A DNA stretch of 62,771 bases, filler included, from Polymyxa betae A26-41 (taxonomy: Eukaryota > Protista > Endomyxa: Phytomyxea): NCBI GenBank assembly GCA_003693705.1. It is 4 parts of 4 records of this genome, joined end to end, with 100 filler letters (N's around TTAATTAATTAA, not from the genome) between each part and the next. Parts side by side here need not be neighbours in the genome. Positions count along the whole stretch, not along the records: positions 41,041 to 56,589 come from RBZT01000549.1; positions 56,690 to 62,771 come from RBZT01000381.1; 2 more parts are not named here. One strand, written 5' to 3'. Below the pieces are notes generated by a model, which was given only the letters and a program-made list of their open reading frames with translations, had not been told where the DNA came from and did no database searches. Numbering within the stretch: position 1 is the stretch's first letter; every line of letters starts with the position of its first letter. Shown one piece after another: positions 49,921 through 62,771 of the stretch. The translations under genes were made by a program, and so were the position numbers.

Positions 49921-50139
49921 AGGAAAAATATTCGAAAGAACTTTCAAATCACCCATTTTTACCCTCAAGGCTGTAACTTCTCGACTTTGCAGTCAAAGCC
50001 ATCCACTCCGCGATGTCGCCGAGGTCAGCTCTGGCCATCTCTTTCGTGTGTGAATAAGACATCACTTCGCTTACATTCTTGTAATTTCACTGGTCTTCTC
50101 CGGTATTTTACGTTCCTAAACCAAACACAAAATCGGTCA

Positions 50140-52460
50140 TTACACGCAGTTGTAGATTTAAGATATCCTAATTCTCAGATTTTACGGCGTGTTTTTCCGA
50201 TGCCTCATCTACATACAGTTGGAGAGTACTTGGTAAATTCGAAGTATTTTGCTACGATGGACGCTTTTAAAAGGTTCTGGCAGTTCCCAATTTGTGGTGA
50301 TATTGAGTCGCAGTTTATGCAAACTCCTTTAAGCACTGTGACTCCTCAACGTCTCCCACAAGGAAATACCAACTCAGTCTTTATATTTCAGGAGGGGATG
50401 AAGACTATTTTTAGAGGCTATCTTTATTTCAGTTGTTAATATGGGTCGATGACCTTCTAGCTCATGCGCCGTTGCTTGATGATCTTTTGACCGTTCTTCA
50501 AACAATTTTCGAATTATGTAATGAAATTAAATGCTGCTCGTTGTCGTCTGTTTCTTACGGAGGCCAAATATTGCGGTCGTTTTTATTCTCAAGGGTCAAT
50601 ACGGCATGATCCTGCTAGGATTCAATCGTTAGTATCAATGCCATCTCCGAAAACAGCAACGGATCTTATGCTGTTTCTTTGCGCTGCGACTTGGATTAGT
50701 ACTCATATACCTGACTCTGAGCGCCACGTACGTCCGCTGCGCGACCTTTTGGAGCAACTGCTCCATGGTCAACCGTCTCGTTCTAAGGCTGTCTCGTGGC
50801 GTATTCCTGTCATGACGCACGCTTGGACTTCTGAAAATGAGGATGCTTTTCATAGTACTATTAGCGCGATTTCTAACGCGGTAACACTATACCATCCGCG
50901 TGAGGATCATGATCGCTGTCTTTTTACTGATTCTTCAGCAGATTCTGACTCTATTATTATAACACAAGTCGAACCTTCAGTGCTCAGTAAGCCTCTTCCT
51001 GGACAAAATCACTTTCCGCTAGCATTTTTTAGTCGTAGTTTTCGGGGTTCGTCAGCTCGTTGGGCTATTCCCGAAAAGGAGGCGTTCCCTATTGTAGATG
51101 CATTCAACGATTCGATTATCTTCTGATTTATGATCGTAAACTACGTATAATCACTGATCACCGCAATCTTATGTGTATCTTCAACCCCGAATCGACTTCG
51201 TTTCCTTTGAAACAACACACTTTGGATAAATTGTATCGATGGGCCCTGAAGCTTAGTTCTGTTGATTATGTTATTGAGAACATTCCAGGACAGTTTAAGG
51301 TTTGAGCAGATATGCTTTCGCGGTGGGGTGCTGGTCCTTCACTTATACCACCCCGAGTTTGTAGATTGAAACGACAGTCCAACATTTCTGCAGGCATCGT
51401 TAATCCTTTGCAGGACCTCGTGTTCCCTACAGAGTCTGAGATTGCTGATGTTCAGCGCGAAGCTCTAAATGTTGATGTCGAATCCTACGTTATTGGATCA
51501 ATTAGTTTTTTACGTAATCTAGCTTGACTTTTTATTAGCGATACTCGAGTCCTTTGGATTCCTGATAGTACTAAAACTTTTCAACTACATATTTTAATAG
51601 TCGCGCATTGTGGCTCTTGTGGCCATCGTGGTGTCTCAGCCACGCTTTCTGCTTTACTTCCTCGCTTTTTTGTCGACTATGTGAGCTGATGTCGCGGAAT
51701 TAATTTGTTCGATTATGTTTACATTGTGTGCCACGCAAAGCTGGTGATGTAGTCCCTAGACCGTTCGGGGCTACAGCTGCTCCTACATTTGCTAACGAGA
51801 TTATTGATTTCGATTATTTTCATATCGGTCCTTCTAATTTTCAGTCAGAGCGCTTGCTGGTTATTCGCGATCGACTCTCAGGCTATGTCGAAATGTTTCC
51901 TGCGGTTGAACTCAGCGCTGAGCGCCGATTCTTTGGTAGATTGGGTTTTTCGTCATAGAATAGCCCCCCGGGCACAGACCGTGGTACTCATTTTGTGAAT
52001 TATATTATTGCTGACCTAGCTCTACGTATGCGTGCCACACATCATTTTCACTTGGCGTACTGCCCGTGGACGCACGGAGGTGTCGAAACCGCTAATCATC
52101 ATATTTTATCGGTCTTTCGATCATTAATTTCGGAGTTTCGCCTCCCTCTGCGCGATTGGCCTTTGCTAGTACAAATTGTACGTTTCGCTTTGAATAATAC
52201 CGTTCCGCCCGCCTTAGGTTTCGCCCCGATTACATTATTCACTGCACGAGATCCGTCGACTCCTCTAGACGCAATTTGAAACCCACGTAAACAGGAGTCA
52301 GTGCCCCTGTCGGAGGAAGAGATGGGCAAGCGTCTTTCTGACTTGAAAGAGTCGATATCTAAAGTGTGCGCTGACGTTGCTGAAAGTCGTGTTAATAGCC
52401 GAGTTCGCAAAAACTCTAAGCGTAAATATCCCGCAGCTAAATTTCACTGTCGGTGATTAC
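50140..52460 (+). mobile_element. Degenerate Gypsy pol (RT, RNase H, integrase)
   Basis: VVDLRYPN, FPMPHL, MDAFKRFWQF, RLPQGNTNS, LIWVDDL, FTDSS, EKEAFPIV, FDYF. Confidence 0.92.
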
Positions 52461-52476
52461 GACAAGAAATTTCTCG

Positions 52477-52680
52477 TGTGACTGTGTTTTATTACATTAC
52501 TACAAAATAAACTCCTGCTTCTGATCGGGCTGAGCCCTAGTCCTCAGTCCAATCAACGAACGTTTCTACCAACTTCACTTGTTGTGTCGCTCCCGCCTTC
52601 TTAGAGATTTTTCTTCTCTTCTTCCTCTTTTCTTCCTCTTTCCCCCAATCCTCGACCCCTGTAGTAGTTGGCTCATAACA
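52477..52680. repeat. Possible solo LTR
   Basis: TGTGAC...TAACA, ~200 bp, truncates the integrase tail; no partner copy in the window. Confidence 0.35.
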
Positions 52681-52989
52681 ACTACAGACGCATCTTTACC
52701 AAAAGTGCGTGCACTGGCCTGTTTCGACGGGCGCGGTTTTTCTGGTGCTTCTACATGTGCAATTTCACAAATTTCCTACATTCACAGCATAAATTGTCTT
52801 GAAGGACGTAGTGTATGGAATTTTATTCAAGGCGAATGTCGACCGCAACCCGGCGCAGGCCTAATTCAGACGACATTCCGTGCCGCCAAATTAGGGGCGA
52901 TGCAGCCAGCCTGAGCCACGCATCTGGAGCCAACAAGACCTAATATACAAATCAATTTCTGATTCTAACTGTTTGTCGTTCTTGGAAAT

Positions 52990-53130
52990 CAACGGATTTT
53001 TGGCCCAGCACGCTTACCTCTGCAATGAACCCACGAAACGACGTCGTAAAACCGACCCACCTGAGCCGATTCGTTCTGAAAGGAAACGAGAACTGGCAGC
53101 TCTGGAAGACTGATGTCCTCCTCCTATGGG
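52990..53130 (+). pseudogene. Copia PBS remnant and gag N-terminal fragment
   Basis: TCAAC-GGATTTTTGGCCCAGC resembles the PBS GGTTATGGGCCCAG; LKGNENWQLWK. Confidence 0.55.
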
Positions 53131-53434
53131 TGAAGCATCAAGAAGTCACTGGCTGTTGGAAATGCACCGGTGATCTCTGTAAGGACTGCATCTCCTGGCA
53201 ACTGGGACCAGCCAGACATCCATCACAAGGAAGGGCGGGCGAACCTGAGTTGCGAGGGTGAACAAGGGAGACCGGGCTGACACTGTGGAGGGTAGCAAGA
53301 ACACTGGTAGGTGGAAAGTCCGCCGCGGAGTTTTGACACTATATGGAAGTCCCCTAGTATGCATTATCCTATATAATTCTCATTTCATAATAATACAATG
53401 CATTCTGTTAATGGTTGTCTAGCCTCAGTTCGTA

Positions 53435-55888
53435 CCGTAGACTCTCTTATAATTGGTCCTCTTATAATCGATTCTCGCTTATAATTGATATCGAACGCGT
53501 GCACGGAGTCCGTTCTATAGGTTATAATCGATATTCTCTTATATTTAATAATCGATACAGTACGCGGAACCCATCGATTATAACCAATAAGAATAATTTC
53601 ATAGGTCAAGTTTATTGCCGAAAGAAAGAGCGGATGTCGCTCTGTTTCAAGGAGTCCGTATGATTGTCCGCCTTCTCTCGACAAAGTTCAAGCAAGAGGC
53701 GGCGAACTTGACGAATTGCGGTCTCATTCTCTAGCGGATTGTCAATAAGGAGACTCAAGGTTGTTCGAACAGCCTGAATCTTATCATCATGTGTCGGGCC
53801 GTGGTCAGTATCGTCATCAGAACATTCTGAATCTTCCTGAGTCACTTCAGAAAACACTTCCATAATTTCGTGGTCGGTGAAAGAATGATGAATCTCAATT
53901 TGAGATTCGTGCTCTGACGTCACCTCGATAGACAAGGCCGAACCAATTTTGAGCTGCTTAACGTTCTCTGACAATATTTTGTCAACAGCGTCATCCACAG
54001 AAGAGCTAGGTGAAGGCGACACTTCATCCGCCAACAAACCAGTATGACGCCAACAATTCGCAATCGTATCAGATGATACGGCATTCCAAGCTGCCTTCAT
54101 CCATCTCATTGCCTTCAGAATGTCGACCTTGTAGATATTTTTTTCTCCTGCTGCATCTCTATCGATAGCGTGGGCAAGATGAAAAGACCGGTAGCGCTTT
54201 TTGAATGATGCAATGATGCCAGCGTCCATAGATTGGATGCGCGAGGTCGTATTCGGGGGCAGAAATGTTACCTTCACATTGGAAAGAGTCACGTTCTTAA
54301 CCATATGTGCTGGTGCATTGTCAAGAAGCAAAAGGACATGGCGTTGCTGGCGAAGCATCCGAGCGTCAAACTGCTGTAACCATTCTTGAAAAAGTTGCGA
54401 AGTCATCCATGCCTTCTTGTTAAACCGGTAATAGAAACCCAGCTGTTGGCCGGTCTTTTTGTTGAACGCTCTCGGTTTTGCAGAATGGCCTATAATCATA
54501 AGTTCCTCTTTCTCCGTGCTGTCAGAGTTAGCACAGAGAGCAACGCTGATGCGAGTTTTATCCTTCTTCATTCCTTCAATTTTCCGACTTGCAATTGATC
54601 GATCAGGCGCCAGACAGTAAAAGAGGCCCGCCTCATCCATATTGAAGACATGTCGAGGAGCATACAATTTGATCGTGGCCCGAAGGTCAGGAAGGGCAGC
54701 CACAATGCCCGCGACATCAGCTGAGCCACTTTTGCCGGACATCACTATCGTCCTGAGTCCATGCCGATCCAAGAACTTTTCAAGCCAGCCATCCGAGAAA
54801 CTAGGACGTTGACTTTCGGCAAGTCCTAACCTATCGGCGAAATCCCCTGCTTTTGCCTGTATCAGGCTCCAAGTCAAGCTCACCCGATTTTCTTGGCGTT
54901 GTAGAATCCATTCCGCTAAGATCTTGTCCAATTCGGCTGACTTGACAGTCCTCTTTCTTTTAAGTCCTCGGTTTCTGTCATCCAATATCTCAGGAACTCC
55001 GCGCTTCTTATTAACGATGTGAGAGATTGTCGATTGACAGGGAAGTTTCTTCAAATTGAATTCCTTCTTTGCCCAGTCGCGGAGTTTCTCTTATGTCATC
55101 CCTTTCTGCTTGCTCTGCTGGACAATCTTCTGGGCTTGTTCGTTGGTCAAGTTTCTTCCAGTTGCAGTTGCACTACGGAATTCCGCCAAGATTTTGGATA
55201 TAGTGGCCTGGGTCAGTATTTCAAGTTGAAACTCATTCTTGGCCCAACCAGCAAGGCTCGTTTGTTTCAGCTTAGGGAAAGACAAATGCCTCTGCCAAAT
55301 CTGCGACCGTTGCTCTTTTGAAAGCTTCGTTTTTGATCTTAAAACGTCGGGTCCAACGCACGGAGCTGTAACGTTCTCATGACCGGAATGTACGTCAGAA
55401 GAAGAACTCGTTTCACCATCAGGTAATGAACAAGAATCAGACGACAATTGCAACCGCGGGAGTTGACCAGAGCGCACACATGTTCCAGATTTCGAACACC
55501 AGATGCGTTGACCATGTCCTTCGTCGTCGAATTCATAAGGTTTCCTGCAAAACGGGTGCACAGGCTGATAGCACGTAGGACACAGATGATGCCCGCTTAT
55601 TGAAGAGTTACAAACAACGCAGCAATTCATATCGGTGGTGATTGCGACAACGGGACGGTGAGTAGAACGCAGCGAATCAGCTTTCAATGACGAATCCTGA
55701 AGAGAATTTGAGGGCATTGACCCGGGTCAAATTCGAAACACGCAGATTCCGCGATCCGTCAGTCACGCATAAAATTTTGCGTACGCATAAAAAAATTGCG
55801 AACGCAGTTTATTCTCTTATAATCGATACTCTCTTTAATTGACAAAAACACCTGCCACCGACCATATCGATTATAAGAGAGTCTACTG
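53435..55888 (-). mobile_element. pogo/Tigger (CENP-B-like) transposon, nearly intact
   Basis: TIR C(C/A)GTAGACTCTCTTATAAT, TA TSDs at 53433-53434 and 55889-55890. HTH-CENPB plus DDE_1 (NMDEAG, LLDNAPAH, QSMDAGII). One stop/frameshift near 55090. Confidence 0.96.
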
Positions 55889-55959
55889 TAGTTCATGTCA
55901 GAAGACAAGTCGTCTTCAGACTTTCAACAGGTTAACAGCCGAAGTATGGCTCAGCGATC

Positions 55960-56589
55960 AAGCAATCTTGAATTATTAAATTCACTTCCGCTATCACTCA
56001 CGATATTACTAATTTTAACCCCAATATTCTTATATTCATCTTCAATTGTTCTAAATGCTTTTAATACGTTTTCTGCGCTTTTCTGTTTAATAGCACGTAA
56101 AAATGTATAACGAGAATACGTATCAACCACAATAAGAATATATCTATACCCCCTATTATAATTTGAAAAATAATTCATATCAATAATATCAACTTGTATT
56201 TCCCCAAGTTTTAAAGTAATTGTTTTATTATAATTTAATTTAGATTTTTGCACTGGTTTTAATATTTGTGCTGGTTCTTGTTTTAATATATAATCTTTAA
56301 CTTCTTTTAATTTAAAATTCTTATCGGCATATTTATCCTTGACATATTTATATAATTTCCCAGCAGTTTTATAACCATTTGAAACGTCATAATATATATC
56401 TTTTAAAATTAACTCTTTATTATAGTCCATTATTATTATAAATATCTAATTAATTCTCAACTTTGTTATATTTTCCGTTGAATTCCTTTTTAATATAATC
56501 CATTACATCTTCCCATACTTTCTTTTTCCCCTCTTTCTTAAATCTAAATTCTTTATGTTTGATTTTTCCAGTAATAATATCCTTGTATT
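55960..56589 (-). mobile_element. Maverick/Polinton-like fragment: rve integrase N-terminal half plus tail of an upstream ORF
   Basis: Very AT-rich. LKDIYYD..KLYK..VKDYI, QVDIIDM..NRGYRYILIVVDTYSRY, VSDSGSEF; no H2C2 finger. Upstream ORF stops at 56450, 20 nt before the ATG. Confidence 0.8.
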
Positions 56590-56689
56590 NNNNNNNNNNN
56601 NNNNNNNNNNNNNNNNNNNNNNNNNNNNNNNNNTTAATTAATTAANNNNNNNNNNNNNNNNNNNNNNNNNNNNNNNNNNNNNNNNNNNN
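56590..56689. other. Artificial contig linker
   Basis: N44-TTAATTAATTAA-N44. Confidence 0.98.
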
Positions 56690-59600
56690 TTTGTAGCCAA
56701 TCAAACAGTGAGTGGTAGAAAACGTCTCAGACCTTTAATCAATACAAAATTCATTCTTTTTCCTCTCTACTGCTCGCCCTTGTTCTCGGGAGTCGACGCG
56801 TTGCCAAAACCACGATGCCTTCTGAAGAAGCCTCATCGACGGGACATCCCTCTACATCGGGTTATGGGCCCAGCAAGCACTTCCGAGGCGATAAGCTGAT
56901 TGGAATCGAGAACTTTGCGGTGTGGAAGCTGCAGATGGATTCGTTCCTCAGACGCAACGAGTGTCAGAGATATGTTGAGGATTCAAGCTCGACAGCTGAA
57001 CAAGAATCAACGCTGGCTATTGCTGTTTATGACGATTTAGTATGCTCTGTATCAGCAAACCTCCTTCCTCAAGTTGTTTACTGCGAAACTGCAAAAGAAC
57101 TGTGGAAGGCGGTCTTATCACGGTTTGAGAATACCTCTCAGACGCGGGTTAATACTTTACGTGGCCAATTGCTCAATCTGCGCGCCTGCATAAAGGAGAT
57201 GATTTGCATCAATTCTTAGACAAGTTCGTGCTTATTGCAAACCAGTTGCGTGGTGCTGACACTAACGTCAAAGATGCTGAATTAGCACAGCTACTTATTC
57301 AGAATATTAAGTCCAGACGTTATGAAGCTGAAATCGCTCTTTTACTTGACAAGACCGGAAATGACGTGTCTCTCGATCATTTCTGTGACCGTCTCCGTCT
57401 GTATGAGGAGAATACGTCGGCTCGTTTTGGGCCTGTTTCGCGACATCATAAGACCCAAGGAAAGGCAGATGAAGAAGAGCTGCTGTTTGCTGGAGATCGT
57501 ACCAGACAGAAGCGCATAATGCGACCAAAGTGCCAGAAATGTCATCGTTTTGGACATTGGGCAAAAGATTGCAGGTCAACAAACGCGCAGGAGGAGTCCG
57601 AACCTCCTGATGAGCTCGCGTTATCGGTCAAGGAGGAGTGTGTCCCTGAAACTGAAAACTGTTTCGTCGATTCTGGCGCGTCAAGGCACATGACCGGAAA
57701 CAAAAACCTTCTTCAGAACTATAAGGATCTTGGTGAATCTCTTGAATTCGTGACCGCAAATGGCTCTATAATGCACGGAGTGGGCTATGGCAATATGCAG
57801 TTCGGAAGAGAAAAGTCTCTCATGCTAAAGGATGTTGTCTATATTCCGGAGCTTAAGACAAGTTTGTTTTCTGTAAGTGCGGCGGCGATGAATGGTGCAA
57901 AGATAAGATTTGATCAAGAAACGTGTAATGCTGTTGTCAATGGGGACGAGTTCCAGCGCGGTGTACGAAAAGGTAGAGTTTATGCCCTGCACGTTAAATC
58001 TCAGAAGCCATGGAAATCGGTGGATCGCATTCTCCTTCATAAACGACTTGGTCATTTAAACTATTCGAGTATTGAGCAAATGGTACGAGATGGAGCGATC
58101 GAAGATGTTAAGTTGTTAGGCAAGAAACCAGATTTCTGTGACGACTGTGTCTCGTCGAAACTTTGCAAAGCTCCATTCTTATCCAAGGAGAATTCACCAG
58201 AGGCAACCGCAGTGAACGATCTTGTTCACTCTGACGTTGTTGGCCCTATGTCGACAGAATCATTCAGTGGAAAACGTTATGCGGTATTCTTCATCGACGA
58301 TTATTCTAGGCATATATCTGTCTACTTCTTGACGAGAAAGAGTGAGGTTTTCAAGGTATTCAAAGATTATAAAGCCAAAATGGAGACTATTCACGATAGG
58401 CCTATTCGGCGTTTAAGAACGGATAATGGTGGAGAGTATAAGTCCAACGTTTTTGAAGAGTTCATCAACAAGCATGGGATCAAGCACGAACTGACGGTTG
58501 CTCGACGGCCTCAACAAAACGGTGTTGCCGAACGACAGAATCGCACTGTTATGGAGATGGCGCGTACGATGCTTCTCTCGTCTAAGCTCCCAAAGTCGTT
58601 CTGGGCCGAGGCGGTTCAGACCGCCGTTTATGTCCGGAACCGTTGTTATTCATCCTCCCTACCAGCTGGAAAGACACCATTTGAGCTCTGGACAAAAAGG
58701 AAACCCAGTATTCGTCATCTCCGTGTATTTGGCTGCAAGGCATGGTATAAGATAGACGGAGCCGGAAAACTGGACAGTCATGCTAGACTCGGAATCTTTA
58801 TCGGGTATGCAAAGGATAAAAAAGGATACCGAATTATGGATGAATCTTCGCGAAAAGTCGTCGTCAGCGGAGATGTTGGTTTTCAGGAATTTTATCGGCA
58901 TCCGAATCACGTTGAAAGCGAAAATCACGAAGAAGAGGCTATCGTTCGAGGTCGAGCTCGATCACCTACAGTCAGCTCACCGTCTGTAAAGGTGAAACCC
59001 ACAAGAGTCTCAAGCCGCGCCAGAGCTCCACCATCACGGTATATTGATGAGCAGACCATGTTCTGTCTTCTGTGCAGTGACGATGGCGAACCGAACAATC
59101 GAGTGGAGGCACTGGAGTCGTCAGAGGCAGAGATGTGGCAGAAGGCAATGGAAAGTGAACATGAAGCCCTGCAAAAGAACAGGATGCGGGATATCGTACC
59201 GCGGCCATCAAACCGGCGAGTCGTCGACAGTCGCTGGGTATTCAAGAAGAAACGAAACGAAAATAACGAAGTCGTCAAATACAAGGCGCGCTTTGTCGCT
59301 CGTGGATTCACTCAAGTGTTCGGCTGCGATTATTTCGAGACATTCAGTCCTGTGGCTGCGACAACAGCCATTCGCACGATACTCGCAATTGCAGCTGCCC
59401 GAAACTTGGAGCTATACCGAATCGATATTGAGACGGCCTTCCAGCACCAGATCCTTAAGGAGGAGATCTTCATGGAGCAGCCAAGTGGCTTTATCGTACC
59501 CGGTACTACCCAAGAAAGACATGTATGCAAACTGAATAAGGTGCTTTATGGTCTAAAGCAAGGAGCTGTGGAGCTCCATAAACATTTGTTGGAGATCTTC

Positions 59601-60841
59601 GATCTTTATGAGTACAAGGTCATCGCTGCAGACAAGTGCGTTGTATGTAAGAACTTCCCGAATGGTGATTATATTATCTGTGCGATTCATGTGGACGATA
59701 TTCTTTGTGCATGTACCCGAACTGAAGTTTAGATAATTTTAGGCGCGAGTTAGGCACGGTTTTTCCGGTCAAGAACTTAGGTGTGGCAAGATTTCTTTAG
59801 GAATGTTATTTACAAGAAATCGAGATAGAGGACTTATCCACCTATCACAACAGGCAAAAGTATCCAAGATCCTGGAGGTTTTCAATATGAAGGAAAGTAA
59901 TCCTATGAAGACGCCATTCAACAGTACCTCTTCCTCAGAAGCAACAATTGCTGAGGATCAAGTTAATTTTTCGTTTCGAGAGGCAGTGGGCCACTTATCA
60001 TATTTGGCAAACATGACCAGGCCTGATATCTCTTTTGCTGTTGGCGTCGCCGCGCGTGCAGTTTCCTGTTATTCGAATGTCGATATCAAACACATCAAAC
60101 GAATTCTACGTTACCTCAAAGGCACACAAGACTATGGTATATGCTTCGGAGGGAAGTCAAACGAAACAGCTGTTATCTATACTGATGCTGATTTCGCTGG
60201 AGACGTCTCAGATCGCAAATCGATTTCAGGAGGCCTGATTATGCTGAATGGAGGGCCAGTTCTGTACTATTCGAAAAAGCAAGGATGTGTTTCTCGTTCA
60301 ACCGCAGAAGCTGAGTATATTGCCTTATCGGAAATTGTTTCAGAAGCTTTATGGTTCAATAACATTATTCAATTCCTGCCAGGCGGCAGGGACCAGAAGC
60401 CGCTAACCATCAAAGAAGACAACCAATCTGCAATTGCTATCGCGAATCAATCTACGAGCACCAAACGGTCGAAGCATATCGACATCCACTTCCATTATGT
60501 TCGTGATCATCTTCACAAAGCGAATATTGCAATAGAATATTGCCCAACGAACGACATGCTCGCAGACATGTTTACAAAGAAGTTGGGCGGAATCAAATTT
60601 TTAGACCTTCGAAATCGAATCGGTGTTCGTGGCCGTATTGATTTACTACAAAAGGAGGAGAATGTAGGAAGTGGTTTGTAGCCAATTAAACAGTGAGTGG
60701 TAGAAAACGTCTCAGACCTTTAATCAATACAAAATTCATTCTTTTTCCTCTCTGCTGCTCGCCCTTGTTTTCGGGAGTCGACGCGTTGCCAAAACCACGA
60801 TGCCTTCTGAAGAAGCCTCATCGACGGGACATCCCTCTACA
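56690..60841 (+). mobile_element. Young near-intact Ty1/Copia element
   Basis: LTRs 56690-56856 (partial) and 60663-60841 with 3 mismatches in 167 bp. PBS GGTTATGGGCCCAG, PPT AAAAGGAGGAG. gag CCHC, VDSGAS, IN (TDNGGEY), RT (HVDD), RNase H. Frameshift at ~57200 and stop at 59730. Confidence 0.97.
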
Positions 60842-61157
60842 ACTTTTACCTACTCGTTTAGACCATTTATAACGACGTATCCTTTATGTACTAAACAAAC
60901 CGACATCGAAAATGAATTTATTCAGATTCAGGGGCTTTCGTAGTATTTATCTTTATTTGATTGTTATTGAAGACAAAGAAAAATAGACCACAATTATTAG
61001 ATTTTGCTGGATACAACAAAACGATTATAAGATTCCCACCAGAGTGAAAAAACGCTGCTTTTCAACGAAAACTTAAAGACGCGCTTTGTTAGCAAACCGG
61101 AAACGATATCAGCTTCTATCAAGTTTTATTAAAAAGAGATACAACATTTTGGAACAA

Positions 61158-62490
61158 TTACGACGGCAGCAACGACTCGATGCATTTCCAATCGCCTTCC
61201 AGATCGCGGCCCCAAACTTGTACATTGCCATCAGGCGACGAGGAAGCCAGCAAAGTTCCAGCAGGGTTCCAAGAGAGACGACACCCGCGAACCGGCAGCG
61301 TCCAAGTCTGCACAACATTGCCAGGCGATTTGATCTGCGAGAGAACTGTATCATGGCCCATGAAGAAGGTAGCAATGAGGTCATACGACCGGGCCAGATT
61401 CGGGAGCCCAGGCGACATCACAAACGTAGCCACGATTGGGAAGAAGGTCACTTATGTGTTGCCATTTTCGATGAGAAGTCGAATATTGCCAGATCTGAAT
61501 GGCGTCCAAGCGGCCGACGATGAGCTGGGGCGGGTCAAATGGTGATGTGTTCCAAGCTAAACACGAAATTGACGAATGCGTTGGGGAGGTGGAGCTCGCG
61601 GGCTTCAGAATCATTGAAAATTCGTCTCGTAATGGCCAGGCGCTCAATTGCATCATATCGACCTATGAGGCTTGTCAAAATTTAAGAAAAAATTGATTGA
61701 AGCTTTCGCAATGTTTATCAAAATCAAACAAAGGTGAGATAGGAGGAAAACAAATTAGCAGCAATGAATGTAGATAAAGCAAGTTCTCTTGGATATGAAA
61801 ACGTATGAACCCACAATAGCAGGGAAGGCTATGGATGAAACGCTTTTGATTGCTCAGAGCAGATTAGAAACCTGACTAAAAAATAACAACTTCGGGCTAA
61901 AGACAGTGATAACAGCATGGATTAAAGAAGTTCAAACATCTGGAGTAAATAAGCGATTTGCGAAGCGAAAGCAGAATAGCGTTAGCGTGACTAAAACTTA
62001 CTGCTTCGTAAATCCTCACGATGCCATCCTCACCAAGAGTGGCTAATTGCATGCCAAGATGCCTGACCATAAAAACATTACAAGAGCGACAAGAAAAATG
62101 GGAAAGCGACCTTGGTGCAAACTGCAACGCATGCACTTCGCCATGACTATCAACTAGACGAACCCGCTCAGCCCATGTGCCTTCGCCAGATTCAGAATCA
62201 CCAAAACAAAAACAAGATCGGTACGAGTCCGAAAATGGGCAGAAAGAATACGACTGTAAAAAGAAAACAGCCGTATTGTAAGAGCAGAAGACGAGTGACG
62301 AAAAAGCTTCAGCTACTCGCACTTGATGAGACGAGCTACAACCATATACGGTGCTGAAAGAAGTTTCAGTTGGTTTGAAAGATAAACCTGAAACAGGGCT
62401 GTATTGTTTCTGTACCTGTTCCTCATAAATGACAACATTGCAATCGGAACTGCAAGCAGCCAGAATCTGGCCAAACTCAGGCTTTCTTCA
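61158..62490 (-). pseudogene. SEH1: Nucleoporin SEH1-like WD40 gene, multi-exon, frameshifted and apparently 5'-incomplete
   Basis: PEFGQILAACS, LQFAPRHLGMQLAT..DGIVRIYEA, VAWAP(N)LARSYDLIAT, SWNPAGTLLASS..DGNVQVW. An extra base at ~61405 breaks the frame. Confidence 0.75.
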
Positions 62491-62771
62491 ACGATCCTAC
62501 AAACAAGTACAGGCTGGTGATGAGCGAAAACCCTTTAGAATTCGCTGTTCCGGCGGTGGCGTGGAATTTTGATTCAGGCTACAGACATCATGCGTGCTGT
62601 CGAGTCTATGGCGTTGGCTGTACTGACGCGATGCACCTTTGTAATCCACACGTTCCATCCCCCAAAGCTGTCGATTGGCATCATCTTGAAGATGCCGTTC
62701 GAATTCATTACGACAATGCTCGTTCCAGATTAGAAACTCTCGATCCGGACGTCCACTGCAAGTTCCTTGTT

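Overview
Eukaryotic, TE-rich window made of four contigs joined by artificial 100-nt linkers (N44-TTAATTAATTAA-N44 at 26469-26568, 40941-41040, 56590-56689), so adjacency across these is not biological. Short (~50-nt) GT-AG introns, an intron-containing tRNA and the gene content suggest a protist/fungus-like parasite, possibly a phytomyxid (inference only). Contigs 1 and 3 are nested TE graveyards: Ty3/Gypsy elements whose RT motif is WxDD rather than YxDD, Ty1/Copia, an intron-containing Helitron, PIF/Harbinger, hAT, pogo, a piggyBac-like element and a Maverick/Polinton-type integrase fragment. Contig 2 is a gene island: tRNA-Asn, a Dcp-like M3 peptidase, tRNA-Lys, an acidic repeat protein, a pseudo-OTU-BTB protein, an MFS transporter and a secreted Glu-rich protein. 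Contig 4 holds a young, near-intact Copia and a damaged SEH1-like gene. The most unusual structure is a 2.8-kb CAC...GTG TIR element with a 3-bp ATG target duplication inside the Helitron helicase. It carries a diverged ~325-bp tandem array with splice-signal-like motifs at fixed positions in each unit, and a second array of the same family abuts the Helitron 3' end. All calls are from reading the sequence; no database searches were run.
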